From positions 42,346,001 to 42,410,000 of the forward strand of contig NC_043002.1 in NCBI RefSeq assembly GCF_006345805.1: DNA of 64,000 nucleotides, in the 5' to 3' direction. The position numbers and the translations under genes are program-made. The notes under the pieces are model-generated. The model made no database searches and was not told the origin of the DNA. It saw only the letters and a program-made list of their open reading frames with translations. Below, piece by piece: positions 26,001-39,574 of this stretch (position 1 is its first letter; the number at the start of each line of letters is the position of its first letter). Source of the stretch: Octopus sinensis (Eukaryota).

Positions 26001-26327
26001 GAACATCCTCTCTTTTTTTCCATCTTATACAGGGCATCAAGCTAATATGTTCCATGTGTATGTCCTTTTGACTTTTGTTGTTTTGTTATTCGTATTTTTT
26101 TATTTGCCTATATCATCATTATCATCATTTAGTGTCCGCTTTCCATGCTAGCATGGGTTGGACGGTTCAACTGGGGTAGGGAAGCCAGAAGGCTGCACCA
26201 GACCCAGTCTGATCTGGCAATGTTTCTACGGCTGGATGCCCTTCCTAACGCCAACCACTCCGTGAGTGTAGTGGGTGCTTTTTAGGTGCCAGGCAAGGCT
26301 GGCAACAGCCACGATTGGATGGTGCTA

Positions 26328-26378
<51 letters not shown>

Positions 26379-26892
26379 TAGGTTTTATATCAAAAGTTTT
26401 CAACATAAATGGTGTTGTATTGAAATTTAAGTTTAATTCTACAGTAGGACAAAATACATAATAGTAATAAAAAATTTCAATTGCTGGTAAGCTTAAATTT
26501 CAAGTTTTGGCTTGTATATGCTTTGTAATTTTCTGAATTTCTGAGATTAAATCATAGTGGATTTTTTAATCCATCCAGTCAGTGGTTGACCTGTCAGTTT
26601 TTCTATTATCTTTTTAAATCCCTTTACATGCTTATTACCTATTCTATACTTCCAAAGAGTCTTGTATATCTCTCCTATTAGCAACCCCACCCTGCTGCCC
26701 CCATCATACCATCAGTTTATGTTAATAATACTTTTACAGCATTAGCCAGATATTTTCAAATATCTGTATAGAATGTATTTATCTCTAAAAGGAAAAAATA
26801 TATAATTTTATACCAATATTTTAGTAATGGCATTTGTGGTCTTTGTTTAAAATGTGACCCCATTTCTTTTTCACATAACCAGAGATAAACAT

Positions 26893-26931
26893 AACCAGAG
26901 ATAAATACCAGACTGGTATTTATCTCTGGTT
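26893..26931. repeat. Perfect 19-bp inverted repeat with 1-nt spacer
   Basis: aaccagagataaataccag-a-ctggtatttatctctggtt, preceded by a direct copy of cataaccagagataaa. Confidence 0.95.
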
Positions 26932-27009
26932 TCCAAATCATTAAGCTTAATGAGACAATCTCTTTCTGGGTAGGATGCCAAATCTATCGTGAGTAACATT
27001 TTCCTGCAG

Positions 27010-27026
27010 ATAAAATTGAACTTGTT
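27010..27026 (+). CDS. Candidate 17-nt microexon (D-KIELV, phase 1 to 0)
   Basis: Acceptor aacattttcctgcag, donor GTT|gtgagt. Confidence 0.3.
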
Positions 27027-27407
27027 GTGAGTCAACAAATCGCCAGTCAGTTTTACAATGCTACAACTGTGAATTATGAATGTTCTGCATTATCTACCTT
27101 GTAGATAGAAGAACTGGGTTATGGAAAGCTTAATATTTTGATCATAGACACATTGTAATGCTAGTGATAGGAAATGAATTGAGACTCTTAGCTGGTTGTC
27201 CAACTTTTTCTCAAAAATTGGATCATCGTTATTTATCAAATTTATACATAGGTGCTTTGTACATTGCACCAGGTTTGGAAACCCTGTTAGGATGTTTATT
27301 TTTTATCATTATTTTTACCATCTACCAAATAAATTAAATTGAGAAAGAAAAAGCTAATCACTTTTCAAATGGATGTATTTTTTTATTTTTATTTTTTTTT
27401 TTTACAG

Positions 27408-27413
27408 AATAAG
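27408..27413 (+). CDS. Candidate 6-nt microexon AATAAG (NK in phase 0)
   Basis: Branch-like gctaat ~50 nt upstream, ~26-nt T tract, tacag acceptor, donor AAG|gtaaga. Confidence 0.45.
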
Positions 27414-28414
27414 GTAAGATATAAATTCTAATCTACGAAATACATTTTGAATTTATACCTTGTCTTACTCTCTAAAAAGTTATACATGTTCAGTTGAAAG
27501 GCAATTAGCTATCTCTCATCTCTACAGAAACTTTCTGTAGAAGTTATATGACTATAACTTGATAATAGCTGTCCACACAGATGTGCATGCACAGATATAC
27601 ATCAGCGCATGCATACATGAACATACACACCAGCTCATATACATACAACAGCACATAATTACACATGCACCAGTATTCATAAACTCATATATTAGCATGC
27701 ACGCACATACACACATATCAGCACATGTATATCACACACACAGACACACACACACACGCTCTCTCTCTCGTTCTAGCTTTTGTATCAATTTTGTATAGCA
27801 GCACATTTCTACTATACATATGTACTTTTAAACAGCATATATTGAATATATGATGCATCACATATGCTATAGAGTGACTACATTTTACTTACGTGTTAAA
27901 TGCCAAATAAGTCTTTAGCAAAAGCACGTGCACACACACACACACACACACACACATGCATGCACACACATGCACATGAGTTCACATTTGCATTCACACA
28001 TGCACACAAGAACGCATGCTTCAGCTGCAGATGCAGAAAACACACTTCGGTAAATTTACCCTAATGAGAAGTTGTTCTATTGTTCTCCAATCTTGAGACA
28101 TGACAAATACATCAAGTTATCCCCAGAAGTCTTGTGATGAATGCTAAAGCCTTAGAAGAGAAGAGTGAACCGAAGACCCATGTGATTCAGTCTTTTCCAA
28201 TATGGCTGATGACTAATGAATCACTACTACCACTACTAGTACTGCCTGGCTTCCCCCCTTTACTCTCACCTAAGCTTCCATTTTCCTTATAAGGTATATC
28301 ATTTTCCATTGATCTCCTTCCAAAAATACTTTCTTTTATTATTTCACTATGTTTGTGTGGGGATAACTATTCATATTTAGGCATTGGCATTTCAATATTC
28401 CCTTCAACATCCCT

Positions 28415-28469
<55 letters not shown>

Positions 28470-29155
28470 GCCTTCTTTCCTCTTCCATTGTAATGAAATG
28501 AATTGTTAAATGTGCCCGTTCATTTATTTCCCTCTTTATCTATCTATCTATCTATCTATCTATCAATATATATATATATATATATATATAATACAGACAC
28601 ACATATATATACATATGCATAAATATATATATATGTAATTATACATACACATATATATGCACACATATGCATAAATACATGTATATATATATATATATTC
28701 ACACGCATCTATTAATATGTATACAAATATATATTTACATACGCAGACACAAACACATACACAGTAATATAATTCTAATGTCTAAGTTGCTGTTGTATTT
28801 TTTATTTTTTGTTACCCCCCCCCCCCCTTCCTCCACTAATTTAAATTAGAATCTGTGAAAATTGCTGCTGTCCAGTAATTAAACTTGAGTGAAATACAAT
28901 ATAAAGATAGGAATATAATTAAAATCTAGTTGAAAGTGGTCTTGGCTATTTATGAGGAACTTAATTTATTATACAATCATTGTGATTAAACTGAAACAAA
29001 ATGGTGTAAAAAGACAAAGCCTCTTAGAAAATGTATCTCTGTTTTTCTTTCTCTCCTTCTTTTATACTGCTCAATTAATAAACTCCTTCTAAGGTAACAG
29101 CAGCTGTTGAGTAGTGGGGAGAGATTTAAATGATGATTGTCTGAGATAGCTGTGC

Positions 29156-29392
29156 TAGTCAGGAAAGTGGTTTTTACAGTAAGGAAAACATTTTCCCAGG
29201 CTAATTTTGAGTTTGCCACCCTTGAAATGGCAGTTTTACCTTTTGTTTCTTAGCTACGTGTGTCTTCTACGATAGTCAGGAAAGTGGTTTTTACAGTAAG
29301 GAAAACATTTTCCCAAGCTAATTTTGAGTTTGCCACCCTTGAAATGGTAGTTTTACCTTTTGTTTCTGAGCTATGTGTGTCTTCTAAGATAG
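29156..29392 (+). repeat. 117-bp tandem duplication (2 units, 5 substitutions)
   Basis: tagtcaggaaagtgg starts at 29156 and again at 29273. Confidence 0.95.
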
Positions 29393-31443
29393 CCTTGGGC
29401 TAACCAAAGCCTTATGAGTGAATTCAGTAGAGAGAAACTAAAAGAAGCATCATGTGCATGTATATGTACATGTGTGTATGTTTTTGTGTCTGTTTGTCCC
29501 CTGTCACCACCACTTGACAACTGGTGTTGGTGTGTTTACATCCCTGTAACTTAAGTTTGGTTAAGGACACTGATAGAATAAGTATCAGACGTTAAGAAAA
29601 ACTAAGTAATGGGCTCAATTCATTCGACTAAAAGTTCTTCAAAAGAAACATAGAAGTCTGGTGCAGACTCCTGTCAAACTGTCCAACCCATGCCAGCATG
29701 GAAGGTGGATGTTAAATGATGATGGTAATAATGATGTGGTGCTCCAGCATGGCTGCAGCCAAATGACTGAAATTAGTAAAAGATGGAAGATATGTATTGT
29801 TTATTTATTTATTTTTTTTTACACACTGGTTTCAATCATTGCATGATAGCCATACTGGAGCATTGCACTTAAACAATTTTTGTCAGTCATATTGAAACTC
29901 CACTACCATCTTCATTCTTATTCTTACCTGGTATTTATAAAATGGTCTTTAGATTGCACTTCAGCATAAAAAGAAATGCATCGCCTTTCTCTAGTAAACT
30001 CGTGCATTGACACTCACTCACACACACACACACACACGCACACACACACGCACACAAATATACATACATGTTTTGTCTCCTATAATAATTTCTCTTTTAC
30101 TTGTTTCATGCTGGGGTACCAACTACAAGGGTTTAGTGAAGAAATCTCCCTTAGTACTTACTTTTTAATCCTGGGTCTTATTCTATCAGTCTCTTTTTTT
30201 CCTAACTGCTAATTTATGAGGATGTAAACAAACCAACAGTATATGTCAAATGGAAAGGAAGGGGAAAGACACACACATGCATGGTAGGGTAAGAGGAATG
30301 TATGGTAGTTGTCATCACATATGATACTGTCTTAAAGAACATTTTGTTTGCTAATGTCATCACCGACATTATTTGAAATGGAGGTTGGCACTAAGATTCC
30401 ATTCTTCTAGATTATAGACCTGAATAATTTGCTTAACTATTATTATGTTTTTCTTTTATGGCCCTCCTTCCCTCCCTTCCCATCAACTGGTATTCAAATA
30501 AGGTTGCATAGAAAGGTCACTTGACTGAGTTCCATCATTGGATTGCTGTTACATTCAGACTTAGTCTTGACTTCAGAAGGAAATTGATATTTCATGTCAG
30601 TTTATTTATTAGGTTTTGGTCTTTTAATTTTTCTGCTTAAATTTCCATCCAATTGGGTCATTGAAATGAGTTAGCCTTCAGATCAGCCTCAATCCAGCAG
30701 ATCCATTATCAAAAGCATTCTAACCATGACCATCCTGTAACACGGTTTAATTAATTTTTTTGCTTTTTATATCTTAATATAGTGTTCGATAAGTCCTTCT
30801 TTATTTAAGGAGTAAAGCAATCATGGCAACTTTTTTCATGGAGATAACCACATGAAACTGGAATTATTATCAGGCAGGCCACACTGCTAAAAATTTCAAG
30901 GTAATTTTTCATCAGGTGTGTCTTTCAGAAAGTCCTGCATCTGCTGTAGAGTTTGAATTTGAGGAAGATTTATTTTCCATTTCTAGCAGACAAATTGATT
31001 GCATAGAGATTTTGTCATAAGCTCTACTAAATGATTAGCTGTGGTGCTATAAATAGTCAACTGAAAATATTTGGATGATCGGTTGTGAATAGTATTTTCT
31101 CCAGTACAATGATTCAATAAGAGATTACTAATTTCTTCAAAATGTTTTCATGTTAACTACTGAAAATCTAATCATATTTTTTTTCAAATCACAAGGATCC
31201 ATATGTGGGAGGGGATGCTTATGCCTGGATTCAATATTAAGATGATGTAATATAAATTTTCCTTTATCTCTTGCAGTTAACTATTTTCACTAGAGAAACT
31301 GAATTCTGTTGCGGTACTGCCACTGCTTACATTAGGGAAATATATGACCTGCAGTACTTAATTGATGGAACCCTTATCCAGTGCCATGATCTGCTAGAGG
31401 TTCTCCATGTCCTCAATTCACACTCTGCCCTTTTAAATTAGGA

Positions 31444-31785
31444 ATAAAGAGTAAAGACCCCCTTTTGATCATGAATGACCATGGGATTGCATCTAGAAAG
31501 TTACCCTCTCAGGCACAAGTCTGGATAAGGTTGTTTATGGAAGACTAGCATTCACCTATTCATACTAGACTTCCTTCTCTGTGCCACTGATGTTATCGAA
31601 GGGTAAGGCAAAGGCTGATACAACTTGGCACCAGTGATGTAACAACTCATTTCTATAGCTGAGTGAACTAGAGAAATGTGAAATAGTGTCTTGTTCAAGA
31701 ACACAATACACAGCACAGTCTGGGAGTCAAACTCACTACTTCATGATTGTGAACCTGATGCTCTAACAACTGAGCTATGGGATAC
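31444..31785 (-). mobile_element. tRNA-derived SINE, antisense orientation
   Basis: gtaaagacccccttttgatcatgaatgaccatgggattgc.. through a reverse tRNA-like head gctctaacaactgagc. Confidence 0.7.
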
Positions 31786-32478
31786 CTTCATTCATAGAGT
31801 TGCTCAGTCAGTGCTAACCTAGGGTTAAACAACAGCTAAGAGCCATCGTGAACTACAATATCTTTACCAGACACCAAGCAATTATGGTGATAGGATGCAA
31901 ACAGCCCATGACCTCTTAGCTAGTTTGTCTTCTATTCTGCTGTCACAGCCACACTTTCACATCAACTACTGCTGATTAAAACCTGTCTGTAGCTGTTGTT
32001 TTGTTTAATGCCCTGTATTAAGTGATATCAGCTGGGTAAAGTCTGACAGCAGTGTGCAGCAGATTGAGTCAATTCAGTGTTCTGGATTATTCATAGTTGA
32101 TGGACAGAACATTGTGTATCATAGTCTCTTCATAGCAACCGTTGTTCCTAATCAGATAATCAACTGATGAATCAATCTGTGTTATTTTTTAATAATGACT
32201 AATTTATTTTGTATGTAGCAAGGAAAGTGTTGCCTCTGAGATATTACTAATGCCAACTATTCTTTTATCAATGAAGTTAAAACTATTAAGTTAATCTTTT
32301 GTACATTGATAAAGCAAACATTCACTACTCCCAATTTCAGTAGTATCAGAAAGCATAATGAATGCTCTGCTAAAAAGAATTTTTTTTTTGTTCTTGTTGG
32401 TTTGGTATGTGTAGAGGAAATGGTTCTGCCCTTGGTTTTTGCATCACTCTAAAACCAATGAGAATAATGTTAACTTAC

Positions 32479-32496
32479 CTTTTTGACATATGCAAA
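32479..32496 (-). other. Antisense microexon-like site, 18 nt (FAYVKK in phase 0)
   Basis: Minus strand: ggattttttgttttcttctgtcatcag|TTTGCATATGTCAAAAAG|gtaagt. Conflicts with the + strand gene model, so may be chance. Confidence 0.3.
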
Positions 32497-34814
32497 CTGA
32501 TGACAGAAGAAAACAAAAAATCCTGGTGGCACAGAATTCCATTGAGCCAACATTCTGGGGAGGAATTACTGGGAATTGTGCTTAGTGTAGAGCCTGTGAG
32601 GAAAGGACACAATACTACAGGGTCTTCAGTTCCTCTAGACAGAAGCCACTGGAGTGTCATTTAAAAAGGCAGATCCATAGGTCAGAAGTTGGTGTGTTCC
32701 ATTTTTGAAATATTTCTTTTCTGGAAAAGAAACGGTTAAATATTTTGGGGCTTGCAAAATCTAGATTGCATTTAGTTGAAATATTTATTGTACAGTGCCT
32801 CCACAAGATGATTAACTGGGCAACTAATAACTTGTAATAAGCAGAATCATTAGCATGCCAGGCAAAATGCTTAGAATCAGGCAGTGCCAGTACTGCCTGA
32901 CTGTCCCTCGTGCCGGCGGCACATAAAAGCACCCACTACACTCTCGGAGTGGTTGGCGTTAGGAAGGGCATCCAGCTGTAGAAACTCTGCCAGATCAGAT
33001 TGGAGTCTGGTGCAGCCATCTGGTTCGCCAGACCTCAGTTAAATCGTCCAACCCATGCTAGCATGGAAAGTGGACGTTAAATGATGATGATGATGTAAAG
33101 ATGGATGAAATACTGCTGAGTTCAAATTCTGCTGAGGTTGACTTTGTCTTTCATCCTTCAGGGCTGATAAAATAAGTACCAGTTGAGAACTGGGGACAAT
33201 GTAATTGACTTACCTCTACCCCAAAATTACTGACCTTGTGCTAAAATTTGAAACTGTATTTAAGAGCAAAACAAAATAAAATTAAATAAATAAAAGTGTT
33301 TTAGATAGCTACAGAATATATAATTTGCAGCGGCTGTAAAGATTTATGCTTCACTGGGGAAAAAAAATTAAATATTGAGCTATTTCCTATTTCTAAATTA
33401 TGTTGTTATGCATTTGTGTCAAGTCTGTTCTTGCCACCACATGTTTCATAGTTATAATTTCACTGACGCTTCAAAGAAACCTATTACATAGGAACATTCT
33501 GTTGTTAGTCTAATATGACACTAATTAAGTTTTGGGTGCAAAATGAGAACTATCAATAGTAAAGGTTGATACTTCAAGCAAAGAAAACTCAAATGTGCAA
33601 AGTCTAAATGAAGAACATATTTTTATATTAAAAAAAAAACTAAATGTAGATGCTGATAATAAAAAAGGAGAGGAAGAGTGAAAGTGAGCACCTGGTGTGA
33701 ATTTATTCCCACCTAGTCTTTACTTTCGGTTCCATTTCATGTATTTGATATTTGTGTCTACAGTTAAACATCCTCAAATTATATTTATTCAGTTAATCTT
33801 GGATTAATTATCAGATAAATTTCATTCAATTATTGAATTTTATAGCCTGTTATTGATATGTGTGTCTGTGCATGTTGCTTAAGTGGTCTGAACTAAGTAG
33901 ATAAAAATGGATTTACGAATGGAAGAAAATCATATGATATTGTTGGAGTAAATATATATTAAAAATATAAAAAACACTGATCATACACAATGTGGGTTCT
34001 GTATTGTTTGTCATCATTTATATCAATATTATCATATAGAATTTTGTGTGTGTGGATAGTGTTTGAATGGAAATAAAAAGGATTTGGTTTACAATGTATG
34101 GACCATGTAGATGATAAATAGTTATACAGGATGGTAAAATATGGTGTTTTGTACTTTGTTAGACAGTATATCTACATTTCCTTAAACATTATCTAATGTC
34201 TGAACTCTTCTTTTTATACATAGAGTATCTGTGCAAAAGAAGCTCACAACTAACTGAGTTTATAGGATCTTGTCTGATTAAATAAAGAGTTGAAATTTTG
34301 TGTTTAATTGCTCTCTTTCTAGTCAAGTTAATTTTATCTAACTTCATCCACCTATTTAATTAGCTCCTAGTCAGGTCTGACCAAGCAGATCTGTGAATAT
34401 ATGCGTTCTATGACCATCCCATCATCTTGTCAGAAACCAGTAGCTGTTTAGTTAATGTGTAGTGTTAAGCCCAAATCCTCATTTGGACTTGGTGTAGGCA
34501 GTGGGAAAACTACCACAGTGTGCACTCCAAAAGTGAAACTGGGATTGGCAAGATCATCAGTCTCTCATTTTACATTGTCATAGTTGTAAAGCAATGGAAA
34601 ACCTACTGTAAATGATGATGTCATCAGTAGATGTAATGTATAACCCACTTTTTGTCTACACAAAATCATATGTGCTCTAATAGATGTTGGCTCAATGGTT
34701 GAAGTCTGGTTCTCATTTTATTCTCTGTGAGTGTCCCTGAATTATGTCCAGCTAACACTTTTTTTTTGACAAGATCGTATTTATTTTCTCATTCAGTATG
34801 TCTCTTTTTCTCTA

Positions 34815-34867
<53 letters not shown>

Positions 34868-36284
34868 TCAATCCTAGCACCTTGAAATTAGCATTCCTTC
34901 CTAGCTTCATTCCAGGTTTGCCTAGGTCTACCCTCCCCACCACCATCCCCAATCGGATTACCACTTTTCAGCTGAATATTTGCTCATCTAACTCACAGGC
35001 CACTTTTACTCTCTATTCTCTGTTGGCCACCTACCCTGTATTCCTTCACTTCCACTCCCTCCTGTTACATAGCTCAGTTCAATCTCAGTCTCTGGCGACC
35101 AACACAATTAAAACGGATGTTGATTGACTGATTAGATATACCCATGTCAAGAATGAGGTCAACTTAATTTACTCAGTGTTACCTAAAATATAACTAAGAT
35201 AAAGAAGAAAAAAGGAAAAAAAAAAAGGACTCACAAAGTAACAACAACAATACCAAACCTTGGGTATTATATACTAGTATATAAACAATTAAAGGTAAAT
35301 GGTTATTAATAGATTTTTTTCCTCTATGTCATATAGAATAAATCACTGAATTCCCTGCTGTGTGCAGCTAGAAAGCTGATGATGATGATGATAATAATAA
35401 TAATAATAATTTTTTTTCTTCTAACATTCAAGTACAGTTACTACTACCATTATCTTTGTATATACATGTACATATGAAAATTATTATTAAATTATTCATT
35501 TTAGCTGGATCAGTTTCTGAAAGTTTATTATTATTGTTCAGCTTGTGTCTACACTATCACACAAACAAACATGAAAGAAAGCTAAATCAAGAGTTGTCCT
35601 CCCTCTTCCTCTCCATCTCTCCCATTACCTAGCAATTATACTATGTTAAATACTGAGCTCTTGTTCTATTACAGAAGTGCCATGGTTTACAAAGAATGTC
35701 TTCTTACAAACCAGCCGTCTGTAATCTCTCTTCTCCCCTTCTTTCTCTCTCCCTTGTATGTTTAGCCATTTCCCATAGTGCACCACCAAGATGGTTATCC
35801 TTTTTTTTTCCTTTTAATTTTTTTTCTTTGACATTTCTAGAGGTTGTCAAGCAGAAAAAAAGGGACAGACTAATATGTATTTCTCCCTTTCTAGAAATAT
35901 TTATTTTCTGTTTTTTTTTTTCCTTTTCTTTTCTCATTTAAATCAATTTGGCTGATTTTAGAATACTGTAGGTAACATGTTTTTTCCATTCTATTAATCA
36001 AAGTAAAGCCTTGTGCCAATATGCATGTACATGCATTTAAAAATTGCAAGAAAGTCTTCTGGTTATTGATTTCTTTAAGAATTAGTTACTGAGAGTTAAT
36101 AGAATTACTATTTTTTCTTTTAATAAGTCCTTTTTCTTCTGTTTTTATTTAATCATTCCAGCTTATTTGTATTTCACTAAAAGCAAGAAGATAGTGTACA
36201 AAGCAAGGCTTCGTTTATTTAGTAACATAATGATGATTAATATTCTGGATGTTGGCTGAAACCCTATAGTTGGTGCATTTCCAG

Positions 36285-36316
36285 TGGGTGGAGCTGCTGG
36301 CCCCAGGCCCAACTGA
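36285..36316 (+). CDS. Possible short terminal exon (V-GGAAGPRPN*, phase 1)
   Basis: Acceptor ggtgcatttccag, locally GC-rich codons, TGA at 36314-16. Confidence 0.2.
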
Positions 36317-37227
36317 GGACCATTATTTCTTCCCATTAATCACTGTTCATGACACATACAAAAGTAGTAGGAGTTGGAGCTATAGTAGTGGTGGGAGTTT
36401 TATTTGAAAGTTATGAAGAAATACTGTTTTGGCACAGCTTATGTGTATTGTGTTAGTTACAAGAATAAAAGTAGTTGTCGAAAAAATTGCATAGAATTGT
36501 ATTACAATTTGATGGGGTTTTTTTGTTTGTATAATTATGTTTTTATATTTTTATTTTCATTTTCACTCTCAGATTTTACAAAATTTATAATTTCTCTTCT
36601 TAAAGTTATTAAAAAAAATTAATTATATTTTATCATATTTATTGTTTGAAAAATAATAAAAAAAGATTGTGCTTAACAAATGATTACCTAACATTTGTTG
36701 CTAATTACTTAACAAATATGCTGTCAAGAAATATTAAGGTTTAATTTGAATGTTTTCATCTTTCTGTGACAATATTTCTAATAAAATACACTGCCAAATG
36801 TGTTTCAATTAATTCTGAAAATAACAAAGAATTTGGTGACTTTAATAGAATATATTTGTCATTAAGTTGATGCTTGGAACATAATTTAATGAAACAGATC
36901 TTTATAAAATTATGATGACTAGTTTCAATTTAGATATGAACACTTCAAAAATTTATGTATTTGAACCAGAGGTGGTTTCAGGCAGATTGATATCAAAAGG
37001 GTTAATTCATGAGATAAACTGAGTCTGTGCTTGTTTCAGTTTATAGTAGAGGATAATATTTATTGTTCATCAGAAGGGTGTGGACATCATGCATTGTCAC
37101 ATTCACATTTACTTTTTTTTTTTTATTTTTTTTTTTAGAATTAGTAGTCTTGTTCCAAATATGAAATCAGAAGTGATATTATTTAATCTGAATGTTTTCC
37201 TTCAATTTACTTTTTGTAAACTAAATG

Positions 37228-37272
<45 letters not shown>

Positions 37273-37476
37273 TTTGCATTTCATAATTTTAGAAATTTTC
37301 CAAAGGTTATTATTTACTTTGGTGGTTGTTTCTTGTAAAACATTGACTCATCCAGTTCTTTTCTGTTTTCTAATTAGGTACTACTTTTTCTTGCATTCAA
37401 ATCTTGCTTCAAACCAATTTCACTTCTTTTAGTGTTAAACTGGGTTTTTTTTTTCTTTTAGCTGCTGTCAGTCCTT

Positions 37477-37700
37477 TAATGCTTCTAGTATTCAGATTTC
37501 TCTGTCAAAATGCTTATTTTTTCACATTGATAAAAATCAGTCATGCATTACCTCATAGCTTTGAGATTCCAATGGTATGATTGTTTATTTCTAGAATAAC
37601 ATTGTAGGATAAGTGTGAGAAGCCAGATCTAGCCAGTCTGAAGATAAAACAAGTAGAATATTTTGGCTGGATATGACCAATTTAAATGCTAAAGGGTTAA
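37477..37700 (+). mobile_element. piggyBac-like MITE family B copy
   Basis: Similar to 21881-22098; 3' end tttaaatgctaaaggg|ttaa. Confidence 0.75.
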
Positions 37701-37984
37701 TAAAAATTAATTTTATACTTTAGAAATAGAATTATTTTTTTACAAATTCCCCTGATGTTTATTTTTGAATTGCATTAAGCCTGTTAGAGCTTCAGTTTCA
37801 TTTTGTAATATTTAGTCATTATGTAGTTATTAGCATAAGTTTGTTTAAAGTTGCTAACCTAGAAATAAAGTGCTAGGTTAAGTTGTAATGATGTTTTAGT
37901 TGTTAAATTGCAATTGAATAATTGAGCAAAGTGCATCTGAACAGGAAGTGTATTCCAGGAGGAAACAGTTTATTGTATACTACA

Positions 37985-38350
37985 TTTTATACACACTTGA
38001 AGGAGGTAAATATATGGGGGAGTGATAAAAGATAGAACTGCAAACACAGCAAGAAGTTTTAAATCCAGTTGGAATAAAGCCATCGCATTCAGAGGAACAG
38101 GGGTTATTAAAGAAATAATAGAAGAGGAAGGGAAACCATAACTTGGTGGTGGTCCAAGGTTTAAAGGTTGTTGGGGTGGGTTGGATTGTCAATTAGGAAG
38201 AGGGCAGTTTTGTGAAAATTTTCCAGTATCAGGAGATCAAAGAGGGTGTGTAATTTTGGTTATGAGTGCAATGTTCTACAATTGGCTGGGTGTATTCAAA
38301 TCTTATCTTTGCACTAAGTGCTTTGTCTCTTGAGAGGAAGTTAACTGCAA
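37985..38350 (-). mobile_element. Highly degenerate LINE-like remnant
   Basis: Purine-rich on +, disrupted minus-strand frames; classification uncertain. Confidence 0.25.
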
Positions 38351-39176
38351 GAAAACTGACTGAATGTAATTAATTTTTACATGTGTAATGAATGGAGTAG
38401 GGTTGGGGAACTGCAGCAGGTTTCTTTTCCATGGGATTATTGTCAATTTTGCTATTATTAAATATCAAGATTTCAGATTCCTATTAAAATTTGTATGGCC
38501 AATAAGATGTTTGAAGAACTTTCACAATATTAGTCACTGTGATGTATTTTATTTTTTATATTTTTTGCGTACATAATGATTAAATGGCATTTTTGTTAGC
38601 AAATATTGGTTATAACCTACAAACAATAACAATAGCTTGAAACAATTCCACAATTTACACTAGATATTGTATAAATGTGTCTAGATTCTAACACCAGTCA
38701 AGTCTAATTTTTAAAACACACCAGAATCTACAAATAATGAGGTTGGAAGTAAAACACGATAGTAATTAAACATAATAAATTATTGATCCTTTCCTGTAGA
38801 CCGTTTTAAAAATGCAGAAGAGAATGGTTTTAGATTTGAGTTTTAGATATAATCCTATTTCCTCAAATCTTTTTAAAAAAGAGAAACTGTCGTATAATTA
38901 TGCTTTATATTTTCCTTGGTTTTTCACTTTTTGTCTGTTATTTCTAAAGTAGATTTTTTTTTCCAAATGTACTTGCATAAATTATTGTAAAGGAGGCAGT
39001 GTTTAAAAAGTGGTCCTAATCCACTTAATCGGCTATTTATTCTACAATGGCTATGCTTCCTACTCAGTGAGAAGCTAACAAGTACAATCGGAAACTGCCT
39101 TGTAAAATAATGTCTTCCAAAAGACTTAATTCTTCTTTTATGTCTCTTATTTTAATCTCCTCTTTTTGTTATCTAG

Positions 39177-39204
39177 TTTAATGAAGAAATGTGCAGCTGT
39201 GCTT
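39177..39204 (+). CDS. Candidate 28-nt exon (FNEEMCSCA in phase 0); a longer form may run to 39240
   Basis: Acceptor tttaatctcctctttttgttatctag; donors CTT|gtaagt (39205) and CCA|gtaaga (39241). Confidence 0.3.
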
Positions 39205-39574
39205 GTAAGTTCTGTAAAAGAAAGAGCCAAAAAACGTCCAGTAAGACTTTTCATATATCGAAAATATTATTCTAGGAGATTGGGGGACTGGGAGAAAAAT
39301 ATTTCACATCTAACCTTTTTTTTTTTTTTTCAATATACACTCTTTTTAAAATAAACTTAAAGCTTCTGTTGCAAGAATTTCTATTCCACTAATTGTGCAG
39401 CACAGGCGCCTTGCCAATAATTGGAGGACAGGCTGCTTAGTGGAAGCCAAGTCATCATGATAAGGTGGTCTGGGACTAATGCCAAATTGAAAGCACCCTT
39501 ACTTTGCTGTTCTCTTCCTTTTCTTTACGTTATGGGATGTGTCCTTATCTCTCTCCCCACTCCCCTCCACTTAC

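Noticed and set aside
31277-31441. Terminal exon LTIFTRETEFCCG...SALLN* followed by AATAAA
   Set aside because: The acceptor is strong, but donors are weak and the AATAAA belongs to the tail of the adjacent antisense SINE.
35962-35971. 10-nt microexon AATACTGTAG
   Set aside because: The acceptor tract is separated from the AG and the donor is only moderate; within chance expectation for 64 kb of AT-rich DNA.
37462-37574. 113-nt open exon with strong acceptor and ATG|gtatga donor
   Set aside because: Most of it is the piggyBac-like MITE B starting at ~37477.
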